This document shows positions 13,366-25,170 of a DNA stretch of 64,000 bases, one piece after another (position 1 is the stretch's first letter; each line of letters starts with the position of its first letter). This DNA comes from Eledone cirrhosa (Eukaryota): contig OZ024740.1 in assembly GCA_964016885.1 (NCBI GenBank), positions 348,502,001 through 348,566,000 of the forward strand, given 5' to 3'. The position numbers and the translations under genes were made by a program. The notes beneath the pieces are model-generated. The model ran no database searches. It saw only the letters and a list, made by a program, of their open reading frames with translations, and was not told where the DNA came from.

Positions 13366-16342
13366 CTACAGGCTGATATAGAGAGAAGGCCCATTCACTC
13401 GGGCCATTCTCGCTACTTTCACCCATCTTTCATAAAACTTGCTGGGGTAGAGCACCTCTCTCTCCATTCTGATCCTTCTTCTAAAGTGGTACTTGAAAAA
13501 AAAGACCAGTTGTTGGCCGGAGAGATAGGTGTCTGACCTCAGCCCTTTCAACCTTGTCCACCATACAACTTCTTTCACCATGGCTATCACACAGAGAGAG
13601 GAAAACCGTCTCTCCTTCGTTTTTGAAAGGGGGAGGCGGTTTGATTGTGACAATGTTCTCGGTGGTCAACCGGATTGGTCCCACCCGCGACAGTAGTCGT
13701 TCTACATAGCCCCACAGGTCAGCAACGCCCGGGCAGTGTACGAATGCGTGTGCGACGGTTTCCTCGTCCCGCACGCATCTTGGACAGATCTTCTTCGAGG
13801 GGTCCCTACCCGGGCGCCCGTGTCTGTAGAGCTTGTCCCGAACGGGTAGAGCTCCTCGGTAACATTGCCAAGCCAGGGACTTTTGGAAGTTGTCCATCGG
13901 TCCCGGGCCAAACGTCCTACCGAACAGACTGGCCAGCTCGTCTTCCTCCATGCCCAGAGCCTCTCCGAGAGCGTCGTCGCACTTACTGCGCACCAACCCT
14001 CTATAGAATGTTGAGGTTGAGTCTCCACTGATTGCCGGATCCGCTTGCCAGAGGGCCGTGAGCGCCTGGGCACATTCAATGTGCCAGTCGCCCACTTTTC
14101 TCGGTCTTTGCTTGACCCAGGATTGCAGCTCGGTGAGTGAGACGAGTCTCGGAAAAGCTCGCCTCACAAACAGGGCCCACACCGGCTGACCGGTAAGGAA
14201 TACCTGGAGGTGCCGTAGCCTTAATGCGTATCTACGCATCATCAGCCACGGCATCCCCAGCCCTCCGTTCGAAGGGTGTTGACAGCAGATGGATCTTCTC
14301 ACCAAAGGAGCCCGCTTCTTCCAAAGAAATCGGAAGAGTGCGCGCTCCATTTTGGCGAGTGTTTTCTCTGGGCAAGGCACGACGGTCAAGCGGTAGTAGA
14401 TGACGGACGCTATATAAGCGAGAGGGCATCCCTGTCGAATGGATCGGGTGATTTGGAACGGCTCCGAGAGGTAGCCGCTCACCTTGACCCTCGAGCAGGT
14501 GTTGCTGCTGTGCATTGCAACAATCCAGCCCCTGAAAACGGGTCCGAAGCCTGCCGCCGCGAGCACCGCATCCAGGTACCGATGGTCAACCCTATCGAAC
14601 GCTTTAGATTGATCCAAGTTGATCAGGGCCCCACCAAAGCCGGGTTCGTTCCCTAGCCTCTCTACGATGTATCGCATGAGGTGGAGATTGTCGTGTATGG
14701 ACCTGGACGGGATTGCGCATGTCTGCGCTTCTCCCACCAGGTTCCCGACCTCTTCGCTAACACCTTGGCCAAAATCTTTAACTCTGTGTTTAGCAGAGTT
14801 ATGGGCCTGAAGTTATCTATGTCATCCCCCTTGTTCTCGTCCTTCCTCACCAGCGTGACTACGCCCTTGGTCACAGAACTGGGAATTCTCCCGTTCTGTT
14901 GCCAGTTGCAGTAGACCGCCTCGAGGAGACCGGAGAACAAGCCCGGCATCGCTACATAAAGTTCGTATGGTAGACCATCGAGACCCGGAGATTTGCGCTT
15001 GCCGCATTGGCTCAGCGCTTCCCCTATTTCAGCGGCTGAAATCGGCCTCTCGCAGGACTTCGCCTCCCCGTCCGAGAGCCGCGCCAGACCGTCGAGGTAT
15101 GGACCGAAATCCATGGCCCCACCTGGCCCGCCGCCCCTCCCGAACAGTCGTGCAAAGCGCCGTTGAAAGGCCGCGCTCATCCGCTCAGGTTCAAGGATCA
15201 CGCGTCCATCCTGGTCCTTCAAAGACTGAATCGTGGACTTGTTTCCACTTTTTGCCTCTGTCACTCGGGCCCAGCTAACAGCTTTGGCTCCCTCGTTACC
15301 CAGAGCACGTATTTTACTCCTGACAACGCAGCCCTCGTGCTTCGCATCAAAGAACTGGTCTAGGGCCGTTCTTGACGCCAGCACGCCGGCCACGTTGCCA
15401 CTCCTAATCGCCTCTTCTACTCTATTTGTTAATTCCCTTTCAGTTCTATTCCTATCTGATGCTAATTCCCGACTAAAACCTATCGATTCTATTCTAATTT
15501 CTCTCTTGAGAGAGCCCCACCACCTGTTGTTGACAATTGCCCCCGTCAAACGCTGCTTAACTAGTGTGCTAATCCGCTTACTGTAAAGACAAGTTTAGTT
15601 TCCAGTAACCGGGTCCCTGTCTATGAGTTCTATCAAGGTTGACCACTCCGGTCAACAACTTGTGATCCGAATAGTCAACCATGAACATTCGTGGACAGCT
15701 TAATATGTCCCTATCCTTATTTCTAACTAGGAACCTATCTAGGTACGACCTGGATGTTCCACTGCGATTACTCCACGTCCACCGTGGCACAGTCGGAAAA
15801 TCCAGTCGATATCTATCGGCCAGATCAAATCGGCCGATTAATCGTTTGAGGCTGTTACACCCCCCTATATCGGGACATGCCCCTACATAGTCCCAACGTG
15901 CATCCAGGATACCATTCCAGTCCCCCACTAAAAGCAAGGAGCGAGACGTTCCCAGGAAATTCTCCAGGCGTCGGAAGAAGTCCGGTCGCGGTGTCCCCGA
16001 TGGCGCATACGCTGCCACCAGCCTGAAAGCTCCACCTTCACCACTGCCGACGTCTAAAACCACCAGTCGACCCTCCGGGTCCAGGTATACCTTCTGTGTG
16101 GCAAGACCCAGGTATTTTCGCAGCAGAACGACAACCCCACCCCCACCCCTAGGCTGACAGAGAGATGCGTAGATCTCAAAGTCGTCGAAGATGGGGACCA
16201 GTTGGCGCTCGCTGCTGATCCTGGACTCGCAAATAACCATTACATCCACTCTGTGCGACCTGAGGTCATTTAAGAGTTTGCCCTGTTTCCAGGACATCCC
16301 CAAGCCGCGTGCATTCACACATCCAACTCTTATATTGGCCAT
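13366..16342 (-). pseudogene. LINE ORF2 (AP endonuclease - reverse transcriptase - zinc finger), frameshifted, with an RT core deletion
   Basis: APE motifs 'NARGL','GDWN','SYLDRFL','SDH','WKLN'; RT motifs 'KSPGLDGLPYE','FRPITLLN','DQSKAFDRV','RQGCPL'; 'CPRC..EETVAHAFVHC'; no YADD motif. Confidence 0.93.
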
Positions 16343-16384
16343 GTTGGTGCTGAAGAGGTAAAAAGGAAGAGGAAAGGAAACTAC

Positions 16385-18120
16385 TTACCTCTTCGTCTCC
16401 TGGGGGCCAGGCTGCACAATTTCCATGGGGGTGTTGGAAGGGTTGTTTGGTGGGGTGGTGGTTTGTGGTGGGGAGAGGACATCAGTGTGTGGTGGGATTA
16501 GGGTGTTTGGTGGGGTGTGGGTGTCTGGTGTGGGGGTGGGGAAACATCTCAATAGGACGCTGTTATGTGGTTTGGTGCAGTTGGTCCCCACATGCATTGG
16601 ATGGTGCTTTTTCAAAGTTACATAGGTTTCCGTTGGGACCCTAATCATCATTAGGTGCGGTTTGTTCGCTGCGTAGGTGAAAGTGATCCCTTCGGTTTCC
16701 ACCGAAGGGTTATTTTCTATCGCTTTCATCAACGTTTTATTGTTCTTGTTAATGTATGTATAGAGTTTTTGTTGTGTTGTGTTTGTTTTTGTTCTTGCGG
16801 GTGTTTGCGTTTTATAGTACGTGTTATGTTTTGGGGAGGGGTGGGTTTTTTTATTTGTGATGTTTGTTCTGTTTATGCTGGTGGCTGTGTGGCATTTTTG
16901 TTAATGTGGTGCCTTTTTTTTGCCTTTTCACCTGTTGAAAGGGTTCTCCCTCGTCGTCACTGGGTGACGTTGATACGGAGTCCTCTTCCGTGTTGTTGGG
17001 GAGGGGTATATTTTGGGGTTTTGTTGTGGTTGCTTTTGTATTTGTTTTAGGTTAGGAGGGGTTGGGTGGAACAGTGTTTTGTGTTGTTATTTTCCCGTGT
17101 TGTTGTTGTGGTGGTGGTGGTGGTGGTTGTGTTGTTGTGTTCGGGGTTGGCAGAAGAGCCTTTTTTTTTACTCGTTAATTGAGGACAGGCAGCCCTCAGG
17201 TGACCCCTTCTTAAGCAGTGGTAACATGACGGCCGCCTTCCCTCCACTGAAATGTTTATATAAGTTAGCCCGTCCAGAGGCACTCGTTGTGGGATATTCG
17301 CTATTCGTTCTGGGCTCATTTGCACCAGAACTTCTACGGTGGTCCCACCAAATACACCTCCGGAGGACTTTCCTATTGAAATTATCTTGTCTTCGTCAAA
17401 GTTTATTATTCCACATAGTATCCACCAAATGTTTACATTTGGTGTGATACTCATTATTTTTATTCTTTGTGTCCTTTTTCCCCTATATGTGGGGTAAAAG
17501 GTGAAGTGGGGGGGACACAATGGGTGCTATCGAGTACTTTTGAGCTGTTGACTGGTTGTTCATCAGCACCGAAATGCTACCAACAGTTTACCTTTTTGTA
17601 TGAAGGTTAAATCCTTCATTGCGTCTTTTAGAACCAGCTCAGTTTCATTTTGTGATAATTGAGCTGGTTTTCTTGTTACGTTCGATATTGTCCTGAAAAC
17701 CGCAGTTTTCAGGACAGCCTCTCTACGTAATTCCTGTGGAGAATTGATGCTAAAAGCACCGTTTTCGCCAAAAGTCACGAATTGTTTTGCGTCTTGTAAT
17801 AGTTGTTTAGCATTTGTTATGTCTATTGGCGTGTATAGTTCGTTTTTTTTTACGGTCTGTGCAAATGTTGTTTTGGTGTTGTTGTCTTTCGTGTTACTGT
17901 CACTGTTGGTAATATTGGTGTTGCTATTGTTGCAGTTGTTGGTTGTGGTGTTGTTGTCATTGTTCTTGTTGTTGGTGCTGGTATTATTTGCCGGATTTGG
18001 TTTCGCGGTTTCGATATTTTCCACGTTTTTCGATGATGCGAGGGGGGACGGCTTCCCTCCACCACTTTTCTTAGTGGGCGTGGCACTCACGACAGTGTGC
18101 GAGGTGGAAATGGCATCCAT
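16385..18120 (-). pseudogene. LINE ORF1 (gag-like, zinc knuckle), frameshifted
   Basis: Pieces 17563-18120, 17047-17520 ('CYHCLRRGHLRAAC' = CX2CX4HX4C) and 16385-16732 lie directly upstream of the ORF2 ATG at 16342. Confidence 0.8.
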
Positions 18121-18909
18121 TGCCACCAAGTCTACAGTTTTTAGATGAAAATTGAAAATTTCGCCCCAGAAAGGGGCGAAAATTTGTTGACTTAATGTCT
18201 GACGGCCAAGGCAAGGGGCTAAACCAAACAATGTTATTAAATTGATCAATAAACTCACAGTTCTTTTTTACAACAATCCGCAAAAATACGGAGCAAAGTA
18301 AATCACGTCTATATCAAGTGGTAATTGATATAGAGAGGAGGAGAGATTGGTGGTAGTAGATACAGAGAGGGGTGTTGGGTGAGAGAAGTGTATGGAAGGG
18401 GATAATTTAGTGGTTACAGTTATAGAGAGGGAGATATTGAGAGGGTGCCGTGTTGTAGATAAAGAGTGGGGGAGAGATTGCTGGTAGAAGATGTAGAGAG
18501 TTTAGTGTTAATGGATATAGAGAGAGGGGGACTTAATGCTATGGTATTGAGTGGGGTGTTGAGAGAGATGAGAGCTAGGAGTATGATAGATATAGAGAGG
18601 GAGAGAGTTTAGTGATAATGGATATAGAGAGGGTTGCTGGGAGAGAAGGTGTCGTAATAGATATAGAGAGGGGGAGTGCTTATTGGTAAAATAGATAAAG
18701 AGAGGGAGATAATGAGCTAGTGCAACGTGGTAGATATAGAGGGGGAGAGAGATTGGTGGCAGTGGATATAAAGAGAGGTGTTGGGAGAGTGTGTTGTACG
18801 GTAGATATAGAGAGAGGGAGAATTTTGAGCTAGGAGATATAAAGAGGATGTTGGGAAGATTAAGTGTAGATAGATAGAGAGATGTGAGCGGTTGCTGGTA
18901 GTAGATATA

Positions 18910-19866
18910 TATTTCTATTTATTTGCCACCAGGGCATCAAAGATTGGGACAAATACAAAGGGGGGAGTTTACATACATTTAAAAAGACGTGTAAAAAAAC
19001 ATATAACAAATTAAATTTAACAATCGATGTCCTCAATAGGGAGGGGCGTTGACATGGGTCGCACACACCCCCGAAAAAATGTGCAACCCTCCTCTTCAGG
19101 AGCACAAAGAGCGGGTGCTTCCTTCCTCTTCTCATTCTTCTCCTCTCTCACCTACAGGCTGATATAGAGAGAAGGCCCATTCACTCGGGCCATTCTCGCT
19201 ACTTTCACCCATCTTTCATAAAACTTGCTGGGGTAGAGCACCTCTCTCTCCATTCTGATCCTTCTTCTAAAGTGGTACTTGAAAAAAAAGACCAGTTGTT
19301 GGCCGGAGAGATAGGTGTCTGACCTCAGCCCTTTCAACCTTGTCCACCATACAACTTCTTTCACCATGGCTATCACACAGAGGAAAACCGTCTCTCCTTC
19401 GTTTTTGAAAGGGGGAGGCGGTTTGATTGTGACAATGTTCTCGGTGGTCAACCGGATTGGTCCCACCCGCGACAGTAGTCGTTCTACATAGCCCCACAGG
19501 TCAGCAACGCCCGGGCAGTGTACGAATGCGTGTGCGACGGTTTCTTCGTCCCGCACGCATCTTGGACAGATCTTCTTCGAGGGGTCCCTACCCGGGCGCC
19601 CGTGTCTGTAGAGCTTGTCCCGAACGGCTAGAGCTCCTCGGTAACATTGCCAAGCCAGGGACTTTTGGAAGTTGTCCATCGGTCCCGGGCCAAACGTCCT
19701 ACCGAACAGACTGGCCAGCTCGTCTTCCTCCATGCCCAGAGCCTCTCCGAGAGCGTCGTCGCACTTACTGCGCACCAACCCTCTATAGAATGTTGAGGTT
19801 GAGTCTCCACTGATTGCCGGATCCGCTTGCCAGAGGGCCGTGAGCGCCTGGGCACATTCAATGTGC
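18910..19866 (-). mobile_element. 5'-truncated second copy of the same Tx1/L1 LINE
   Basis: Near-identical to 13125-14085; ORF 19152-19778 encodes the intact ORF2 C-terminus and lacks the 4-bp GAGA insertion of copy 1. Confidence 0.95.
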
Positions 19867-20426
19867 GAGAGTGCCGCGTGCTTGTTATAGAGAGGTGGAG
19901 AGTTTAGGGGTAATCAATAACATTTAGTGGGATTAGAAGAGAGCGTTGTACGATAGATATAGAGAGGGAGAGAGTTTGGTGGTAGTAGATATAGAGAGTG
20001 GTGTTCGGATAGATATGTGTATGGTAGATATAGAGAGGGGGAGAGTTTAGAAGTTATGGATATAGAGAAGAAGATAATGAGAGAGCGTCGTGTGGTAAAT
20101 GGATAGGTGGTGAGATTGGTGGTAGTAAACATAGAGAGGGGTGTTGGGAGAGATAAATGTATGGTAGATATACAGAGGGGAATGGTTTAGTGATGTTAGA
20201 TGCAGAGAGGGGTTTAATGGGAGAGTGCCGTATGGTAGCTTTATATAGAGAAAGAGAGTTTCGTAATAATAGATACAGTGAGGGGTATTGGGAGAGATAT
20301 GTGTAGATAGATAGAGAGAGGGGCAGAAGTTGGTGTTAATGGAGAGATTGAGAGGGATTGGGAGAGAGTGTCGTATATTGGTTTGTGTAGGTGTGCACAT
20401 ACCAAAAACACACATTGATAAATAAT

Positions 20427-20607
20427 TGTTTCTACTTTTGGCACAAGGCCAGCAAAACCCAGTACATTACTGGTACTTTATTTTATCGACACCGTAAGGA
20501 TGAAAGGCAAAGTTAACCTCGACGGGATTTGATCTCAGACCAGAAAGGGACGTAACTATGCTAGAAATCATGGCGTCCGACCCTCTACCGATACTGCCAA
20601 TCCACCG
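20427..20607 (-). mobile_element. SINE with 19-bp target-site duplication
   Basis: TSD acacacattgataaataat at 20408-20426 and 20608-20626. Confidence 0.92.
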
Positions 20608-20728
20608 ACACACATTGATAAATAATATTTTTGTATAAGCATTTACCAGATAGAGGAGAGTTGTTCGGATTTCTGCAGTTGGCAGCCGCTAACTCGTGTC
20701 CGAGCATTGCCATCACCTGATAAAATTC

Positions 20729-21435
20729 TCAAAAATGTGAGACACGAATGTGGCATTTTAAACTAGCCAAAGACGTGTACCCTCTGGCACACACATGGCA
20801 ACTGAAGACACCTCTGGGACTTTCCACTGCTTGGTTCTGACTGTGTGTTCTCATATTTCTTTTAAGGCATCCCATGCTAGCACATTCCTTGCCACATTCC
20901 GTGCCACATTCCATACACCTTTTCAGGTCATAATCTACATGAGGTGTACTGATATGGCTTTGTTCATGTCTAATCAAACCAGCTTTACTCAGGCAGACTC
21001 GAACACAGTGCTGGCATACCAGATATTGCTCAACAGCAGGCAGTTTGGAACAATCCTCTTTTCTTCACCTTCCTTTTCAGTGTTAGGTGTTCGCGAGTTT
21101 CAAAGCGTTCCCTTCACACTCTCCTCAGCCATGTTCTCCCATTTGTCAGATGAAATCCCAGCGCAAGCCCCTGATGCAGTCCCGGTACCGCATTTTTGGT
21201 TTGTGTGGAAGTCGACTTCCTTCACATACTTGACCGTAGAGAAGTGGCTTTGGAATACGATCATCAGACATCCGGACCACGTGACCGAACCACCCCAACC
21301 AATGCCGAAACATCATGCTCTCTATACTCATGTACCTGCTCCGTTCGAGAACTTCCAAATCCCTGACGAACATTTTCCATCGCACCTCAAGTTTCTTACG
21401 AAGAGATTGTTGATGTAACCTCTCCAGTTCCTTGT
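20729..21435 (-). pseudogene. RTE-clade LINE 3' fragment with C-terminal C2H2-like fingers
   Basis: 'LERLHQQSLRK..WFGHVVRMSDDRIPKPLLYGQ...PKMRYRD' followed by 'CHVCARGYTSLASLKCHIRVSH'; a related copy lies at 46120-46625. Confidence 0.85.
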
Positions 21436-22489
21436 ATATATATATATATATATATACATACTCACATACTAACTTTACACTTACATACATATACATACAT
21501 ATACATACATATACATACATACTTATATACATACACACATATATACCTGCATAGATACATACATATATGCATACATACATAAGTACATACATACATATAT
21601 ACATAATACATATTTTAAATTATGGATAGAACCTACGCTATTTTTAGTGCATATCTAACAAAAGCATAAATTAATGAATACAGTAATTGAAGCGTTAAAA
21701 TTATTAAAATTAGCTATTCCATTTCCTTCGTAAAGAATGCTGCTTTATGTGTATGTTTCTTGTAGAGCTATAGTTATTTTTTGTCAGTCTGATTGTTTCA
21801 CCGTGTTTACAAATGGCTATTTAAATGCTACTATATAAATATTAGTTTATAGGTGATTTGCCTAGGTGAAAGCTTTCTTGAATAAGTTGTTGAATTTATT
21901 ATTATCTAGCGTCCACTTCACAATGGAATGTTTCGTTCTTTTTTGTTATTTTTTTTTTGTTGTTTTTTTTTTTGTGTTTTTTTGTGAAAATCTGATGAAA
22001 GCTGAAAAAGAAAGGGAAAGTGCCAGAGTGATAAAAATGTGGGAGGAAGATATGAGCAGAATGAGAAAATTTAACAAAAGGTAAAGTGTTATTTGGAAGA
22101 AAAGATAGAAAAGAAGCAATATAAAATGTGCGGTAGAATAACTGTATAAATATATCTGGTAATTGTTCTAAACAAATGGGAATAAGGCTTTTATTTACGC
22201 ACTTACATACACTTACACACACATACATACACACATAAACACACACATACATACACATATATATATAACGTGTGTACACTGTAAAGTTGTTTGGGTGTCG
22301 CGACATAAAGCGCCCAGTCCACACAGTAAATTTGGCTCGCATTAAGAAAGATATACACCCGTAGAAACCAAGACAAAGTGAGTTCGATGTGAGCAAACCT
22401 GGTCATCTGACCTCGCTTGTCTCACAACGAAACAACTTGTCTAGCTCATGCAGCGTGGGCGTCAAACGGTGATGATGATTATGGTGATA

Positions 22490-22740
22490 TATTCGGATCT
22501 AGAGGAGACTGAGGTTGGCTGGACATGCTCACCGACATCCAGAGCTGACATTGCACTCAGTGCTCCTGTGAGAGCCCCTACATGGACACACTGGAAGAGG
22601 AAGACCAAGGTTAACGTATGTTGATGCCCTAAGGACAGACGCTAGTCTGTTGGAGACGCAAGATATGGCAGCGATAATGAGGGACAGAGACCGCTGGAGA
22701 GAACTCGTCCATGGATCTCGGGAATTTTACCCGCCCTAGA
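22490..22740 (+). pseudogene. RTE-type LINE 3' end fragment
   Basis: Translates 'RRLRLAGHAHRHPE...GRGRPRLTYVDAL'. Confidence 0.7.
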
Positions 22741-22927
22741 TATATATATATATATATATATACAAGTGGAAGCTTAGTCGACCTACAATTAGGAGTGAGT
22801 AGCAAAGCACTCAATAAGGGTAGGTCCTCAGAGTAATAACATTACGTTTAGATAGCTGAACAAATTGAAAATTGCGGCAGCCAAAACCCGACCATACAAT
22901 ACGAAAACAACGAAAACACTAATCAGG

Positions 22928-23012
<85 letters not shown>

Positions 23013-23018
<6 letters not shown>

Positions 23019-23211
23019 TGTTCAAGACCCCACCGGCAGAGCTCAAGCCGTTTCGACGGATATTTCTGGACTCAAAGTCCAGAAATAGCCGTCGAAACCG
23101 CTTGAGCTCTGCTGTCGTGGTCTTGAACAATTTCCTATTACCCACTCTACTACCTAAGTATTGAGTACTCTGGTGCGTTATGGTCCACCTGGTTCCTTTC
23201 CACTCTTCCTT

Positions 23212-23215
<4 letters not shown>
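23013..23215 (+). repeat. PLE-type terminal fragment with ~50-bp fold-back hairpin containing the 3' half of a hammerhead
   Basis: The arms either side of ~23072 are reverse complements; homologous to 26375-26515, 43553-43770 and 47270-47390. Confidence 0.8.
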
Positions 23216-23253
<38 letters not shown>

Positions 23254-23756
23254 TAAATATAGAAATGTCTTCTACAGGACTAGAACTGTTCCATTCTAAG
23301 GGATGATTTCCTTCGAATGAAATAGTTCTAGTCGTGTAGAAGCCACTTCTATATTAAAATGTTATACTCTGCTATATATTGAGTGCCTTATTTACTGTGC
23401 TTACCCTGACTGAACCCGGGATGCATACACACACACACCACAGACTCACACACACGCGCGCGCGCTCACACACACACATATTTTGTGATAGTGTTAGTAG
23501 TAGACATAACATTTGTATTTCCCTTAGTTTAACATGTTTATATTTATTGTGTTGTTTTATGGGGACGCTTTCTCTTCCTGTCATAGTTTTCCTGGCAGCT
23601 TTTTATTGTTGCTATGAAGTCTTTTTTGCTATTTTCACGTTTAACTACATTGACCCCCAATTAACGCCTATTTAATACATTCTTCAATATTTATTTCATT
23701 AATAAATAATACGTTTTACATAGATACTTGCATGCATGTAGGCATATACCCAGGAA

Positions 23757-25170
23757 GTAATCTCATGGTTCAGCAATATGGAGGGAAAACGAGACACTAA
23801 ATTCATCCAGTTTGACATAGAGAGTTACTATGCTTCAATCACCTTACCGCTACTTACGGCTGCCTTGGACTTCGCCGAAGCACTTGTGCCCATCACCGAC
23901 CAGGAAAGAAACATCATCCTCCACGCCAGGAAGGCAGTCTTACTCTTCGACAACTCCAAATGGATAAAAAGAGCTCCCGACTCACCCTTCGACGTCAGCA
24001 TGGGCGCGACGGATTCGGCTGAGGTCACAGATCTTATAGGATTATTCGTAATAGCCAAACTCACCGATATGTTTCCTGCATTCGGCGGTGGATTGTACCG
24101 TGATGATGGGCTCCTTACCCTTAAAGGGTAAAACCCCAGTAGTACAGATCCGGTCCGTAAACAATTAATCAGCTTCTTCCGCGACTGAGGATTTAAAATA
24201 ACCCTACAAACGTCCCTGACCCGAGTAAACTTCCTGGACGTTACCCTCGACCTCGATAATGATCTGTACTACCCATACAGGAAACCTAACGCAACCTGCA
24301 CTACATCCACCGCCGGTCAAACCATCTTAGAAACATCACCAACAACCTGGTTAAAAACATCTCCCTCCGCATATCCCGTTTGTCAGCTAATGAGCAGATA
24401 TTCGATGAACATGCGCCTTATTACAACCAGGCCCACAAGCGGAGTGGTTTCCGGGAGGAAATATCCTACTGTCCAACTCCCATTAGCGGAACCAGCAGGC
24501 GACACCGCCGTTCACGCAATGTAACATGGTTCAATCCTCCCCACAACGCCGAGGTGACAACTCCTATCGGGAAAATCTTCTTTAGGCTCATTGAAAAACA
24601 CTTCCCACTACAACACCGCTACCACAACATAATTAACAAAAATACCATCAAACTCTCTTACAGCACTACACCAAACTTTGCACAAAACATCGTCTCCTCT
24701 AACAACAAAAAACTCAACCCCTATGGAAGAAATAACCTAAATAGCAGTGGAGAGCCGACCAGGAGGTGCAACTGTCCTGATAGATCCATTTGCCCCCTCG
24801 ACAACAGATGCAGAGATCGTAATGTGATCTACCAGTGCAACGTGAGGACGGACACCTCAACAAAGCTTATATAGGATTAACCGCATGTGACTTCAAGACC
24901 CGGCTATACCAACACAGACATACCTTCCGAAACCCGGCCCGGCGTCACGCCACTACACTTTCGGGCCACATATGGGACCTCAAGGATAACAACATTACCT
25001 ATGATCTCACTTGGAGAATATTGTCCAGAGCCAACGCTTACACGGGAGGACGCCGTCCGTGCAATTTATGCTCGGAGGAAACTTTACAAATGCTGTTTTC
25101 GACGGACCAACTCCTAAACAAGAAAGATGAACTGGTTACTGCATGTAAACACAGATTGCGTAGGACTTAA
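23757..25170 (+). pseudogene. Penelope-like element RT + GIY-YIG ORF (5'-truncated, frameshifted); element extends to ~26515
   Basis: 'FIQFDIESYYASI','SMGA..SAEVTDLIGLF','GLYRDDGL','NFLDVTLDL','WFNPP','NVIYQC','YIGLTACDFKTRLYQH'. Confidence 0.92.

Larger units (their letters stand above)
13125..18317 (-). mobile_element. Tx1/L1-clade non-LTR retrotransposon, near full length, decayed
   Basis: ORF1 with a zinc knuckle, ORF2 with APE, RT and C-terminal CCHC; A-rich 3' end (AAATAAATAGAAATA). Confidence 0.93.
13022..20375. repeat. Degenerate purine-rich minisatellite (~30-35-nt units, GGTAGTAGATATAGAGAGGGGGAGAG-like), split into 13022-13124, 18318-18909 and 19867-20375 by two LINE insertions
   Basis: The gatatagagag motif recurs throughout the three segments. 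Confidence 0.85.

Noticed and set aside
13675-15586. Plus-strand ORFs overlapping the LINE
   Set aside because: They are antisense shadows of GC-rich ORF2 with no motifs.
24180-24195. In-frame TGA in the PLE RT as possible selenocysteine
   Set aside because: The element has several other frameshifts and stops, the position is not an evident Cys site, and no SECIS was recognised.
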